Below are positions 1-36,909 of a stretch of DNA of 64,000 nt, in pieces. The DNA is from Amoebidium appalachense. Lineage: Eukaryota > Protista > Ichthyosporea. The position numbers were made by a program, and so were the translations under genes. Numbering within the stretch: position 1 is the first letter of the stretch; the number at the start of each line of letters is the position of its first letter. The DNA is taken from assembly GCA_963693365.1 (NCBI GenBank), contig CAVNZM010000010.1:7255794-7319793 (forward strand), read 5' to 3'. A model generated the notes under the pieces. It was given only the letters and a program-made list of their open reading frames with translations. It ran no database searches and was not told the origin of the DNA.

Positions 1-436
1 CCCCCCCGCCCGCACACAGCAAAAGGGGTTGGGAGTGAGGGGGTGAAGAGAAGGAGACACAGAAAATGAGAGAGGGATAAGGGAGAGTGAGAGGGATGTG
101 CATGTTTGCGCTCACAGAGATTCTATGAATGGTTGATGAGGAAGAAGGGGGCTGTGTTTTTGAACAAAGTGTGTGTGCACGTGTATGTGAGCGTGCATGT
201 GAGTCTATTTCTTGCACACCTGTCTTACAACCTAATCCATGGGATTTTTCATGGCAGGACCTTATGATCCTGTTTTTATTTTGTTATTTTTTTTCACTTG
301 TGTGAAGAACTGTGGAAATGTGAGAGATGCGAAGGCTCGGTGTCTATCCCTCCCCACCAATGAGCTTCTATCCCAACAAAAGTATCCACGTTAAAAAGCA
401 CATCTTCGTTCTTACCACCTATTGCGTCCCTCCCAG

Positions 437-14671
<14,235 letters not shown>

Positions 14672-16047
14672 TTTTCCCCCTTCCCCCCCCCCCCCCCCCC
14701 CCCCCTCCTGCATACATGGGCAGGCGCATCGGCTAAGAATGCAGGTTTAGCCACTGGTGACTTAACGTGCATCATCTTGCGAATGGTAGCATACAAATAG
14801 AACAAACCATAGGTTCAGGTGTGTGCACGTGCATGGTAGCGGTGGTGTGCACATGCATGCACAACAAAACGTGCCACATCAATTCTGTCACATCAATTCT
14901 GCCGAAATACTTGGATGTGTTTCTGTGTCAAATTCGTTGAATGTTGTCAAAATCTAGATTAAAATGGCTGAGCACTCTGTGTGCCAATATCTTTGAAAAT
15001 CCCTGTGTAGGCTCTCAACGTGTAGGATGAGGATCTAAGGCTCTACTGCTGATCATGAAGCAAGAAACGTAAACGTATGGTTCTGATTTTGTTTTTCTTG
15101 TTGTTTCATTTTCTTTCCTTTCCATTCGTATTAAGAATTCATGTTGGTGGGTTTTGCGGTTGTTTTGCCTGTGACACTATGGTGATATTATGTAGTGATA
15201 TTCCATGCGTATGAATCTCTGAAGAACCATTTGTAGGTGAGTGGGAGTTCCTCCTTGCGCATGCCAGCTCTACGATTGTGCCAGCAGCAGTTGTGCACGT
15301 GAAAGAACGTGGATGTCAATTGACCGTACTTGAACTGCATCATGACCATTTTTTTCAACGAAAGCAACGTCACTCTTGTCTCGCAAGGTCACACTTGCAC
15401 AAGAACGAACCATAGGACCTGGTGTCGCTATTGCCATGGCAATAAACAAAATTCTTGCACTGAGCCTTCAATTGCAACTCAAAACCGGTGCGACAAAAAA
15501 CTACTCGGTGAGTTGCAGTATTACAGTGAAATATTCCGCGACATGATTTTACATGTGAGCCATAATCAGGCAGTGCACGTGGACACATGCAATGGAGGTG
15601 ACGTGTGGCCTTTAAATTCGTTCACCCAAACTGTGTTTCCAGTTGCTTTATTGCTGTTTCAGTTACTTTATATCTGGCATGTTTTGCAAGGCACCCGGCA
15701 AGGCTCATATGGAGCTGATGTTCATATAAATACTTCGAGTTAATACCTACAGCAGCTCCCGACGAACTGCGCTGCTACCGTAAGGCTTACAAAAAAAGGT
15801 TTCCTTACAAAAAAATAAGCTTGCAGACACTTTCTTGTTGTCGGTAGCATCTACTCGAGAACGGTAAAGATCGTGGCATAAAAAAAAAAATCCTACTAGA
15901 GAACAGTGCTATCACACAATTATTGTTGTCGGTAGCAATCTACTCGAGAACAATGTATACTATTATAACGACAAGTACTAGTGGTATGCAAACCACCTGA
16001 ACGGAAGAGTATCTACAAAACTACATCGGCACACAGACCAGTCTCAT

Positions 16048-16914
16048 CTACTCCGTAGTTATGCTCTTCTTAGAGTCAGAGAGTGGGTGGCTCAACCTAT
16101 TACGCAGCACCTTTGGCATTGCTTGCGTGAATGTCTTGCTCAGTTTCCTCGTCAAAACCGCTGGGGTGTGTGCCACCTGGCTACCCAGCGACTTTCTCCT
16201 CTCCTTCACCACTGCGGGTCTCAGGTGGTTTTTGTCTTCCTCACGTGCCGCCAATTCGTGCTCGAATTCGATGCATCGCTGACGCCATTTGTCGGTTTCC
16301 ACTTGGGCGTGTTTGAGATCTTCAGCCGCCGTGGCTGCTTCTTGCTGCAAACGACTGCACTCTGAGAACAGTTGGTCCCGTTCCAGTTGGAGGGATGAAA
16401 GCTGCGACTTTGTCTCCTCTAACGCGTCGGTGGTAGTCTGGCGCACAAACTCGAGGTTCTCCTCCTCTTTCTGAAAGGTTTTGAACATGGACACGTTGCT
16501 GTGCTGCAGCGCGCTCACCTCCAGCTTGAGAAGGTCGTTCTCCTCTTTTAGCTTTGCATTCTCAGCACGCAGCTGCTCCAAATCCTTGTGTACAGCGTTA
16601 TACACCACCACCCCAGTCTGGTCGAGATCGTCCATCTTCGCTTGCAGGCGCCGAGCGGTCGCTTCGACGAACGCGCGTAGTCGGGACGCCTCGGTTACTG
16701 CGTCCATCTTGGTTTCTGGAAGGGAGTCGACAGAAGAGCTGTCGGAGTCGACAGCAGTGGGTGGGAGACGGTCGACGGTTAGAACGGCACCGGAAAGAGT
16801 GGCAAGCTTGCTGCTTGAAAACTCGAGGCTTTCTTTCTTGGCAAAGGACACATCAGTCCAGCTGTTTTGAGCCAGCGCCAGCTCGCTCCCAAAGTTCGAC
16901 CGGCACATTTTCAT
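16048..16914 (-). CDS. Intronless 288-aa coiled-coil protein of unknown function
   Basis: Uninterrupted ATG-to-TAG ORF of normal complexity with long heptad segments (LEQLRAENAKLKEENDLLKLEVSAL; LEETKSQLSSLQLERDQL) and a basic tail (RRKSL). Confidence 0.8.
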   Translation of the reverse strand: MKMCRSNFGSELALAQNSWTDVSFAKKESLEFSSSKLATLSGAVLTVDRLPPTAVDSDSSSVDSLPETKMDAVTEASRLRAFVEATARRLQAKMDDLDQTGVVVYNAVHKDLEQLRAENAKLKEENDLLKLEVSALQHSNVSMFKTFQKEEENLEFVRQTTTDALEETKSQLSSLQLERDQLFSECSRLQQEAATAAEDLKHAQVETDKWRQRCIEFEHELAAREEDKNHLRPAVVKERRKSLGSQVAHTPAVLTRKLSKTFTQAMPKVLRNRLSHPLSDSKKSITTE

Positions 16915-17367
16915 TTATTTTGCTCTCCGGGCACCGGGTGTGAGGAACTACAAAAACTTTCTACGCACGGCAACTGGTACAACAAACTGAAACTGATTTT
17001 GCTCATAGATCACCCATTTTTATACTTGGCGCTCTCAGAATCTTCCAGCTGAAGATTCCGCAACTTTCTAAACACACTGCCGACATGTGTGATACGTATC
17101 CAATCACAGGGTCGAACACGCTTGCCTCTAAAATGCTTCCAGTGGATTCTGCTGGCGTCTGCTGGAAAAAGCAAATAGAAAGACAAGGAATAAGAGCAAA
17201 AAAGCACCCCCTAACAACTATTCATATTCTTAACAAGGTTTTTGGACTTATTTTCAAGAACATTTCATCATTTGGATGCTTTTACGACACCTTGACAAAG
17301 TCTCTAGAAATGGAATTCACAATTGACAATGCATAGCTTTGATCATTATATTCCAAACCATGGCTAA

Positions 17368-17473
17368 CCAATCCAGTGCATGTATGTTGAATGCCTCATG
17401 GGCGCTTCCAGAAGGAAAATGCAAGGTGTTAACCAATAGGAAGCGGTTTTCTCTCTAGTTCGTTGCGATTGGC
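17368..17473. promoter_or_regulatory. Cluster of three CCAAT boxes upstream of the coiled-coil gene
   Basis: ccaat at ~17368 and ~17433 and attgg at ~17468, about 450-550 bp upstream of the minus-strand ATG. Confidence 0.3.
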
Positions 17474-18621
17474 TGCTTTGGCATTGTAGGTCCATTGTAG
17501 CCACATTCACCGTATACTCCAAGCTAACCCAGGGTAACAGGCTCCCTGGTAGCTAAAAAGACAAATAGGCTCTTTCCCCTAGGTGACTCGAAAAATCTCC
17601 GTTCAAGCAACATTGATATCACAATTTTGCTCAAATTTTTTTTTAGATTTTCACCTCAAAGACGTATATATTATATTGCACCAGCAGGAACCTGGACTTT
17701 TGGAGTCATGGGGCTCAACCATGGTTCAGGGAGAACGTAGCCTGAAAATCAACCATCCAATAAGATGGGAAAGCCCAGCTCTACACCAATCGTAGACGTT
17801 TCTTGATAGCCTTATTAGTCTTGCACTCACATGCGCAGAGGTCGGCAGAGCCAGGCTGTGCTGGAAAACGCAGTAGGCCGTCGAATGTGGCTGGGCCTCC
17901 GGCAATGTCCACGCAATAAAAAGTGTGTAAACCCCGAGCCGGGCACACGTATACAGCTTACCCTGAACAAACATCGACACGTGTTCTCTTCCTTTCTCTC
18001 CAGCTGTACATGTACACGTTCTTTTCGCCACGTTTGTGGTGGCGGGGGTGGGGGTGGGCGGGTTGGTGGGGATGGATAGGATATGGGTCAACGGTCCTGT
18101 CCCCTCCCCACCTCTCCCTGTCCCCTCCCCAGCTCTCCCCTCTTTCCTTCCCTCTCTCTCTCCTCATTCCCTGGGCACAAATACAAATAAACCCCGCAAA
18201 AGTGTGCGTGTGACTTTGGACTGCCACTTACTTATTAGACATGTACATAATCACAAAATAATTTCACAATATAACAGATGGAAAAAGATACCACACGACA
18301 CTAGACCCGATGAAAGGAGACACGTTGAGAAACTAAGCCATATGTCTCGTTTTATATATAATGACCGCCTTAACCATATTACCAAATATGGCACACGCAA
18401 ATGTGTAACACCTAAATACTATTACTTTCCTGTAGAGTTGGTCTTTCTCTAGCTGAGGGTATAATTGACCACTTACCACGCTTTTACTGTACACGTGCTA
18501 TACAGTGGAGATCTAATAAGTATAAGGTGGCATCGTTTGCATGCCCAAACAACACACACACACACCAGTTTAAAATGTATTGCCAAATGTAGTTTGATAG
18601 ACCACATAATACCGACAACAC

Positions 18622-18778
18622 ACACACGACACATTCACAACAGACACCCATAAAGATAGCCTTCCTGAAAATTACAACATCCTTGATTTTATACTAAACA
18701 CACGTAACTATGACCTGTTTATTAGATGTATTGATTGGCTTGAGAAACACATCACAAAATTCTAGAACACACACACAC

Positions 18779-18810
<32 letters not shown>

Positions 18811-18833
18811 AGCTGATACCGAGTGGGGAGAGA

Positions 18834-18867
<34 letters not shown>

Positions 18868-19041
18868 GCCCGCAAAAAAAAGAAAGAAAAAAAAGGGGAA
18901 CTCAACTAATTGATTTTTCTTAGTCTTTATGGTGCCTCGTAGAGAAAGTAAACCCTGATATATAAACATCACCCGACATACATGCATGCTTGATCATGAT
19001 ATACCGCTGAGGGGATATTCCGAGCAAAAATACCCGAGACT
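18622..19041. repeat. Dispersed repeat, copy 1 (probable non-autonomous TE fragment)
   Basis: Colinear with 34107-34570 from cacattcacaacagacaccca to gatcatgatataccgctgaggggatattccgagcaaa and tacc(c/t)gagact. Confidence 0.85.
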
Positions 19042-19252
19042 TTCTTTGAGCTCCCTTTCGGTCTCTCAAAATAGGATGGTACAGTCGACGTGTGACACGG
19101 TGCACGGTGACAGTGCACTTGCGTGGTGCCGCTTGAGTTTTCTTCCAAATCGTACAGTTGGAAGTTACATTCCACTTCTAAAGACAATTAATCCCAAGGT
19201 GTATCGCAAGTTGCTTGACCTGCATGCAAGATTTCGGGGCCTTTGCGCACAT

Positions 19253-19292
<40 letters not shown>

Positions 19293-19315
19293 ACGGTATG
19301 GGTGTGTGTCACAGT

Positions 19316-19368
<53 letters not shown>

Positions 19369-19435
19369 CACACGCGTGTGCGTGTGTGTGCGTGTATGTG
19401 TTCTTTAGTCATTTCCGGAGAAGAGCGGGACTCTG

Positions 19436-19900
19436 AGAGGGTTCAATCAGACAACAGGAGTCCGGCAGTCAGTGAAATTCTGAACCCAATTTACCAAAGT
19501 TTATGAATTTAGACAAACACTGACTGCATAGTGCCAGTATACATATATGTCGTATAGTTTAAAATGCTTAATTCTGCATCGAGTCTGCTAATGTTATTCT
19601 GCTTTTAGCACAGTTATAATAATTGTAGCTTTAGCAGATAACATTTCTGCGCAGTGGCAACAGAATAATCTTGCTTCGAGCACTGAGAATGGTTTGGTTG
19701 TTAGTAGAATCGTTAGTGATCATTAGTCTTCTTTTTTGCTGACTAATTCACCTCCGAGGCAGCCTCGGAATGATCTGCTTTTGCCGAACATTTAATTCTC
19801 TACTCTGCTCGAAGCAGAATAATTCCTTTTTTCACTGAATAATTCTGTCTTTTATTCAGCTCGCTGCAATTTGATTCTGCTGATTTGGTTGAGCCCCTTG
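19436..19900. mobile_element. Possible decayed MITE with many aattctgc/cagaata subterminal motifs
   Basis: About 8 copies of a (a/t)ttctgc / cagaataat motif. Weakly inverted ends: agggttcaatcag and tttggttgagcccct. Confidence 0.35.
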
Positions 19901-20033
19901 CTTCCTGTACATGTGGCATTCACTCAGGGTGCACCCGGATACCTAACACAGTCCGCACACGGCCTGACAACTGCGGTTCGGCACACGTCAGCACACGCGC
20001 GCACGCACACACACACACACCCCGTATGATGTG

Positions 20034-20075
<42 letters not shown>

Positions 20076-20205
20076 AGTGTCACACACACTAGTACACACA
20101 CACAACAATCATGATTTGTTAGCTGCTGTGAGTCTTCTCACTTCTCTCAGAGTCTCCGAGTCTCTCTCTCTCCCCCTCCCCCTCCCCCTCCCTCTCCCTC
20201 TCCCT

Positions 20206-20236
<31 letters not shown>

Positions 20237-20394
20237 GCTTTTTCTCACGGTCCCTGCTCAGTCGGTCTCCCTCGGCCTGGGCCCGTGCTTACCCCCCCCC
20301 CCCCCCTCCCCCTCACGTCTCTCTGTAACGTTTCTGTCGACCTAATTAGACCCCCCCCCCCCCCCCCCCCCCTCTCTCTCTCTCTCTCTCCCGA

Positions 20395-20443
<49 letters not shown>

Positions 20444-20476
20444 GGCTTTCCGCCTGCTCATACACTCAAGACTTCC

Positions 20477-20519
<43 letters not shown>

Positions 20520-21694
20520 ATTCTTAACTGCTCTTTCATCCCCCAACCTCCCCCCCTTTTCTAAATTGCTCCTTCGAGCACCCCTTCGCTCCTCTCCTCT
20601 TTTCTTGATTGCTCGAATGACATCGATATCCCAAGAATGTCCCCATGGCTGCAGCCACCCAAACGACGTTCGAAGATCAAACATTTACGGTCTGGGTTAC
20701 TTTAATTCCAATCTATCACATTCAGGGCCAGCCTGAATGGGGTTTGCAGATATTACCATACGTGTGATTTATACAATTAGTCATCATGGCACCGGGATCA
20801 TATATAGCACATACGGTAAGTAACGAGACAGACTGTCACATCAAAATATTTCTGGAGCATACAGCGCTGCACTAATTCCACATACATTAATATTGTGGTT
20901 TTGTGTTCAACACAATCACTGCATATGTAAAACTATAAAGAGATTATGTGCAAAGGGCAAAAAAGAGAGAGAGACAGAGAGAATAAAAGGAAAGAACGAA
21001 CGAATGAGTGAAATCAAAGAACGAAAGAAAGAAACCGAAAAAAGCGGGGGGAAAAAAAAGAAAGAAAGGAAAAAGAAAGAACACGGAGAAGGAAAAAATA
21101 AATTGAACGAAAAGACCATTGGCAGATGGTGACCAGAGGGACCCTAAAAACCCTGCAAACATGCCACACGATGCCACATACACACCTGCACACACCATTC
21201 ATACTATCTGCAATCACACCAGCATACATACCAAATTTCAAAACAGCTCTGCCAAAAACATCTACTATTCAGCCATACTCACCAGATATATCAACTGGGG
21301 CAACACACGTGTATACGTTACAGTACAAGAGAAATCGCCAAGAGTAAGGGCTATGTCTCTGCCAAACACCTCTATGGATATCTCTACCAGAATTATCTCC
21401 GAAATCGAAATCTCTACTAGACATATCTATGAACATTTTTTTTAGATGGATACATATCTCTATCAGAGCTACATATATTTTTTATAAAACAATAAAAAAA
21501 GTAGGAATATCCCTCTGCCAGAAAATATCCGTGGATCTCTAAGAGTCATATCGCTGGCAGTGCGCTCCATCACTTACACAGTAGAGATCCTAGCAGAAAT
21601 ATCCCTGTCACGCATATCTACCAGACACATTTCAGCAGATATATCCGACCAGATCTATCCCCGCCAGAGATCTCGACTACCGTCAGACTCCCCC

Positions 21695-27806
<6,112 letters not shown>

Positions 27807-27853
27807 CCTCCGCTGCTTTACCCACAGTCAACACTGTAGGTGGGGGGGGGGAA

Positions 27854-27932
<79 letters not shown>

Positions 27933-27963
27933 CGCGCGCGTGTGCGTGTGTGTGCGGGACAGG

Positions 27964-27994
<31 letters not shown>

Positions 27995-28108
27995 CGCGAG
28001 TGACCAATTGCGATACGGATGGCAAAACAGGTGATCAAAAAGTGGAGACCACAAAGAAAATGCACCGCTGGTGGGTGGGTTGGGGGGATTGGGGGTGGAG
28101 GGAGGGGG

Positions 28109-28141
<33 letters not shown>

Positions 28142-28720
28142 AGAATGTGTTAGCATCCGAAGTACACATTCATGACGGAGACCCGAGAGGGGGGGGGGGG
28201 GGGGGGGGGGGGGATGGAGGTGATCACGAACCCTCAAGAAATCAGCTATACAGACATGTGCAGGCAACTACAAAACAACACGAACAGAAGCAAACCTTTC
28301 ATAAAGAGTCTAACAGTTTCCTTCCCTTCTCTGCAAACGCCTGCAAATATGTTACATCCCCCCCCCCCCCCCCCCCCAAAAAAAAAAAAAAAAAAAATAC
28401 CCACATAACACGGGCCGTTCGGTGACCCCTCCGCCCCTGTCCTCTCTCTCCCTCCCTCCCATCCCACTACAAGCCCCAAAATGTGCCCCCCCCCCCCCCC
28501 CCCCCCCCCCTCCCCCCTCCACACAGCGGAATATTCAACACCACATACACCCGAAGGTGCATAACACAGCTATCACTAACTCCTAATATGAAACTTCTGC
28601 TTGCTGTAAAGATTTAATTACGTCCAAACCGAGGCAGGTGTGTGTGTGTTTCTCATCCGCTGACTGACTCATACGTTTATCTCGTTTTCATTTGGTCCGT
28701 CCCCCCTCCCCCCCCCCCCC

Positions 28721-28757
<37 letters not shown>

Positions 28758-29224
28758 CCCCCCCCCCCCCCCCCCCCCCCCCCCAACCCACCCCCACATA
28801 CAAACACCGCCCACTCCCCCCACCAGATCACTCAAAAGGCCCTTCTTCTTCCCTCTCTTTTCCATTTCTGCTACTCTACCACCATGTCTCCCATGCCCTC
28901 CCTCTCTTCCCTCCCCATAACCCCAACCCCTCCCCCCTCCCCCTTCCTCTTCCTCCCCTTCATCTCTCTCCCTTTCTTGCCCCGAACTCTTCAGTCATTC
29001 TTTCACTGCCTACACTTCACACACGAACACAGGCATGGACACACGCACGTACACACACACACACGCCCGCACGCACACGCGCAGTGACTCTCATTCACTC
29101 ACTCGTTGACTGGCTCACATCCACACACACACACACCACTCCCCCCTCTCACTCTCTCACTTTCACGCTCTCTCTCTCATCCCGTCTTTCATTTTCTTTT
29201 GTCTTTCCTCCTTCCCCCCCCCCC

Positions 29225-29255
<31 letters not shown>

Positions 29256-29474
29256 ACACACACGCACACAACAACTCATTTGCTCCTCTTCTATTCGTCC
29301 TTCTCTGTGTGTCTCTCTCCCCTCTCTCTCTCTCGCCTCCTCCCCCACCCTCACACACACACCACCACCACCACCACTGTGCTCCAGCTTGCTATCTTCA
29401 TCCAACTCGACGTGTATCTACACACAAGCACCTCCTCCCCCTCCCCTGCCCCCTCCCCCTTCTCCCCCTTCTCC

Positions 29475-29515
<41 letters not shown>

Positions 29516-29874
29516 TCTCTCTCCCTCCCTCCCTCCCTCCCCCGCCCCCCCTCCCTCCCTCCCTCACTCCCCTCCCCCCCCCCCCCCCCCCCCCCCGTGC
29601 CTGTGTGTAGCTCTTTCTCCCCTTCCCCCCTCTCTCCCTCCCTCTCTCGCGCTCTTTTCCCACTCCCCACCCTCCCTCCCTCCCTCTCTCGCGCTCTCTC
29701 CCCCCTGCCCACCCTTTTCTCCTAATATATATATATATATATATGTATAAATCCCCCTCCTCTTCTCTTCCAATCTCCTTCCCCCCCCCCCCCTCCCCCA
29801 CGCCCCGTCTCTCCCCTACACGCGTACCTCTCCATTTCTCTCCCACTTGCCCCCATCACAACATGCACCGTTGT

Positions 29875-29962
<88 letters not shown>

Positions 29963-30399
29963 GTGTGTTACGAGTGAGCTTCTGCGTGTGTGCGCGTGTG
30001 TGAATGTAAGAAAGACCATTAAGGTGAGATGCAAGGAGCACACGTGTGTGAGTATGTATGGCACTTCCTTTTAGTAGCTGTACAAGGCTAACGTGTTCAA
30101 ACACTGCGCACCGACCCACCTCATGTTTAAGATGCAGCAGTTTCCAGAAAAATGAAGCCCGAGGTGTAGGTCTCAAGACTGAGCTACTCAGATGAAAAAC
30201 AAAATAACCGAGACAAGCAATATATCATTAGGTTGACTACACGAACATAAAGTTGAGCCCCCATGTACCCATCTCGAGAAGAAGAGCGCTTGGATAGAAA
30301 CTCTCCCGAGCTTCTCTCGTCGGCCTTGCTCCTGCTACCTTTGGAGGTAGCTCTTATTTTTCAAGGCCAACAAAACTCCTTCGAATTCCGAAGCGACTG

Positions 30400-30635
30400 A
30401 TCACGCACGCAAAATCATACCCTTGACTCGCCAGAGTATACTTGGCATACGGCGGCTGAGGCCACAGTACGCAAGGCCTTGACCGTCACCGTTACGGTAC
30501 GTCGAACGTGGCTTGCTCTTTCTGCAGTCGGTGTCAGTGACGTCATTGGTGGCCGCCAAATTCCCGAATCGCCGATCGACCATGATCGGGGAATCGCGAA
30601 CTTCGCAAGCGGCAAATTTATCGGCCCGTTTATCC
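30400..30635 (-). promoter_or_regulatory. CpG-rich segment; candidate promoter and non-coding first exon of the 317-aa gene
   Basis: Dense CpG. A minus-strand donor AAGG|GTATGA at 30421/30420 could splice to the acceptor CTACAG| at 27834/27833, 27 nt before the ATG. Confidence 0.4.
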
Positions 30636-30645
30636 CCAATGTAAT

Positions 30646-34052
<3,407 letters not shown>

Positions 34053-34106
34053 CAGTGGGGTTATAAACAGCTCATTATGTAATGTAGGCCCGCCGATTGA
34101 TAAGAT

Positions 34107-34273
34107 ACACACGTCACATTCACAACAGACACCCAGAAAGATAGCCTACCTGTAAATTACAACATCCTTGATTTTATACTAAACACGCGTAACTACGACC
34201 TGTTTATTAGATGTATTGATTGGCTTGAGAAACACATCACTACAAAATTATAGCGCACGCGCACACACACACA

Positions 34274-34334
<61 letters not shown>

Positions 34335-34366
34335 CCAGCTGATACCGAGTGTCCCGAGGGGAGCCC

Positions 34367-34409
<43 letters not shown>

Positions 34410-34570
34410 GGGGAACCCCAACTAATTGATTTCTCCTTGTAGTCTTTATGGTGTCTCGTAGAGAAAGTAAACCCTGATATATAGTCACCACCCGACATCT
34501 ATGTACGTGATCATGATATACCGCTGAGGGGATATTCCGAGCAAACCCCCCCCCCCCCATACCTGAGACT
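34107..34570. repeat. Dispersed repeat, copy 2
   Basis: Same orientation and colinear with 18622-19041; differs mainly in (CA)n, poly-G and poly-A lengths. Confidence 0.85.
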
Positions 34571-34929
34571 GGTTCTCTTTGCCTCGAGTAAACAGCGTAA
34601 ACCCCCTGATAAGATAGCCCATTTAGAATATATAAACGTTTCAGCCATACTGGATATCATGGTGCTTCTTAGCTGTTGTGCAACTGCACCCATAACTCAC
34701 ACACGATCCAATCAAACAGCGCCATTGCCTACTTCATCTGGGTATAAAAAGTTCAACTCCCCCCCAGACGGCAAAAGTTTTGCCTACTGGAAAAAGTACG
34801 AAGAACCGTTCATGTAGACTTCTGTTCTGGGCAAAGTACATGTTGTCGCTATTGTTGTTAGTGCTCCTGAAAGAAAAACACAGTACACAAGTTTACTTTT
34901 CGCATTCAACGTTTTTCTTGTCTACAAAT

Positions 34930-35676
34930 ATGGAGAGTACGGAACCCCTTCCAGCCGGGGTTGGGAGCTTCATACCTGGCCTCCCCACCAGCCACGCCGG
35001 CCACACCCAAAACGTAGATGTTCGCCCCACTTCTAACGATGGTTTCGTCGTGTTCATGCCCATGAGCTACTGTGGAAAGGTGTATGACGTTCCTGTTGTG
35101 GTTGATGAAGAGACACTCAACGAGATCATGCGCCGAAAGATGAGCCCGCCACCTGCCTCTAAAGAAGCAGTCGAGAGCCTGCCCAAACAAATTCTTACCC
35201 AGGAGTCGCAGCTGTTTGCACAATTGTCGGGTGGCGAGAACCAATGTGGTAACGAAGCACAGGCATACCACACGTGCACGGTGTGTTTGGACGGACTGTG
35301 TGAAGGTCAAGAGGCAACACGGATGCCCTGTGGGCACATCTTCCACAGCGAGTGTCTCGACCAGTGGCTGCACAGACACAACACCTGCCCTCTGTGCCGC
35401 AGCAAGATCCAGGCAGACCCACTCATCCAGAAACAGCTTTCGGGCGAGGACGCGAGTGAGGAGGACGAACTGAGATTTGCCATCCCACTGACGGAGACAG
35501 ATTTGCAACGCATGGCACGGTGCATGTCTGTACGTCATCTCAAGCAGACTATTATGTGTGCTGGTGCCCGCTGTGATGACTGTGTAGAGAAGACAGATCT
35601 GCTGTTGCGGTTTCTGGAGGTCGTGACCACACAGAGACGTCGCTCACGCCAGAGTAGTGCTTCTGCTGGTAACTGA
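34930..35676 (+). CDS. Intronless RING-H2 E3 ubiquitin ligase (RNF115/126/181-like) with C-terminal SAP-like module, 248 aa
   Basis: PPPASKEAVESLP followed by CTVC...CGHIFHSECLDQWLHRHNTCPLCR (C3H2C3). C-terminal SVRHLKQTIMCAGARCDDCVEKTDLL. ATG at 34930 was chosen by context; in-frame upstream starts exist. Confidence 0.9.
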   Translation: MESTEPLPAGVGSFIPGLPTSHAGHTQNVDVRPTSNDGFVVFMPMSYCGKVYDVPVVVDEETLNEIMRRKMSPPPASKEAVESLPKQILTQESQLFAQLSGGENQCGNEAQAYHTCTVCLDGLCEGQEATRMPCGHIFHSECLDQWLHRHNTCPLCRSKIQADPLIQKQLSGEDASEEDELRFAIPLTETDLQRMARCMSVRHLKQTIMCAGARCDDCVEKTDLLLRFLEVVTTQRRRSRQSSASAGN

Positions 35677-36284
35677 AGGGAATAAAGTTTTTGAAGGTTT
35701 AACCGTATATTTGCTTGCTGCTGTGCTCCGAAGGCGGTTGGTAAATAATTGACGAAAGTGACTTCCGAAAATGTACTCGGGTTCTTCTATTTTCCTGGTG
35801 GCCATAACGTGCTACGGTGTAGCACAGCCACTCGCCGAAGAATATTTGTATGAATGAATAAACCTCTTCACCATTTTCTGGGCTGGCTAGCTGTAGTTTG
35901 TTTGACGTCTCGGTGAAATAGGGCATGCCACGTATGTCTGTGCACGATGTGTCGGGCCGCGGCCGGTATTTGCGTTCCCGGAGTGGTCGCTTTTTCAATT
36001 TGGAACGCTCATGCATGCAAACATCGGCTTTTATGTAGAGAACAGCAAAAACACAAAAGCATCTCCATAGCTGACGTCGACCAACGTGACGCCATTCTAA
36101 TTTTTTACATAAAGACAAAAAGCAGGTCAATTTATTGACTTAACAGTTTCAATTCACGACGACAAGGTCACTTGAAAAGTCTCGATCGATCCATAAAAGC
36201 AGCCGATCATGAGTCTTTTTGAGGTAGGGGGCGGTGCATGGTGGTGATGGTAGGTGTAGGGGTGTGGTTTGCACGCGTGTGCGT

Positions 36285-36325
<41 letters not shown>

Positions 36326-36909
36326 GGGGGGGGGGAAGGGGGGGGGGAGTTGGATTTTCATCGGGACCCATGGAATGTTATCTGCTTATGAATAGGAGGA
36401 AGGCACTTGGGTGGCTTCTATCCGAGAATGGGTGGCCTGGAGGATGGGAAAAGGCACCGGTGATGGATCCAGGAAGTGGGTGTCACTAATGCCTGTGTCT
36501 GACTCGCGTATGCACACGTGTGATTGTGTGTCTGCATGTGTGGGTTTAGATGCAGGACCGGAAACCTTAGAGAAAGTCGGAACGAGCGCCCTTAAGGCAA
36601 GATATGGAGGGGGAAAGCCGGCCCCCACTTCATTCGTTTTTTCTTGGTGCCACTTGTCACTATGACCCTCACAGGTACTGGTGCCTGTCCAGAACCCTGC
36701 AAACTCACAAAGCTCGCTCGATTTCACTAGCCTCAAGGGCCTGGAAGAGGAACGAAGGTGCAAACAAAAGAGAAAGCAAACATGGAACAAATAAGTATAT
36801 TCCAGCCTACACGAACAGAGCATAGAAAGAGCATACCATCGTGTTAAATCACAATGCATGCTCACTTATCAGCTGCCAACACTACCTTCATCATAACCCC
36901 GAAACCCCA

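Noticed and set aside
15188-15743. Short ORFs between OPA1 and the coiled-coil gene
   Set aside because: No recognisable motif, no consistent frame and no splice support.
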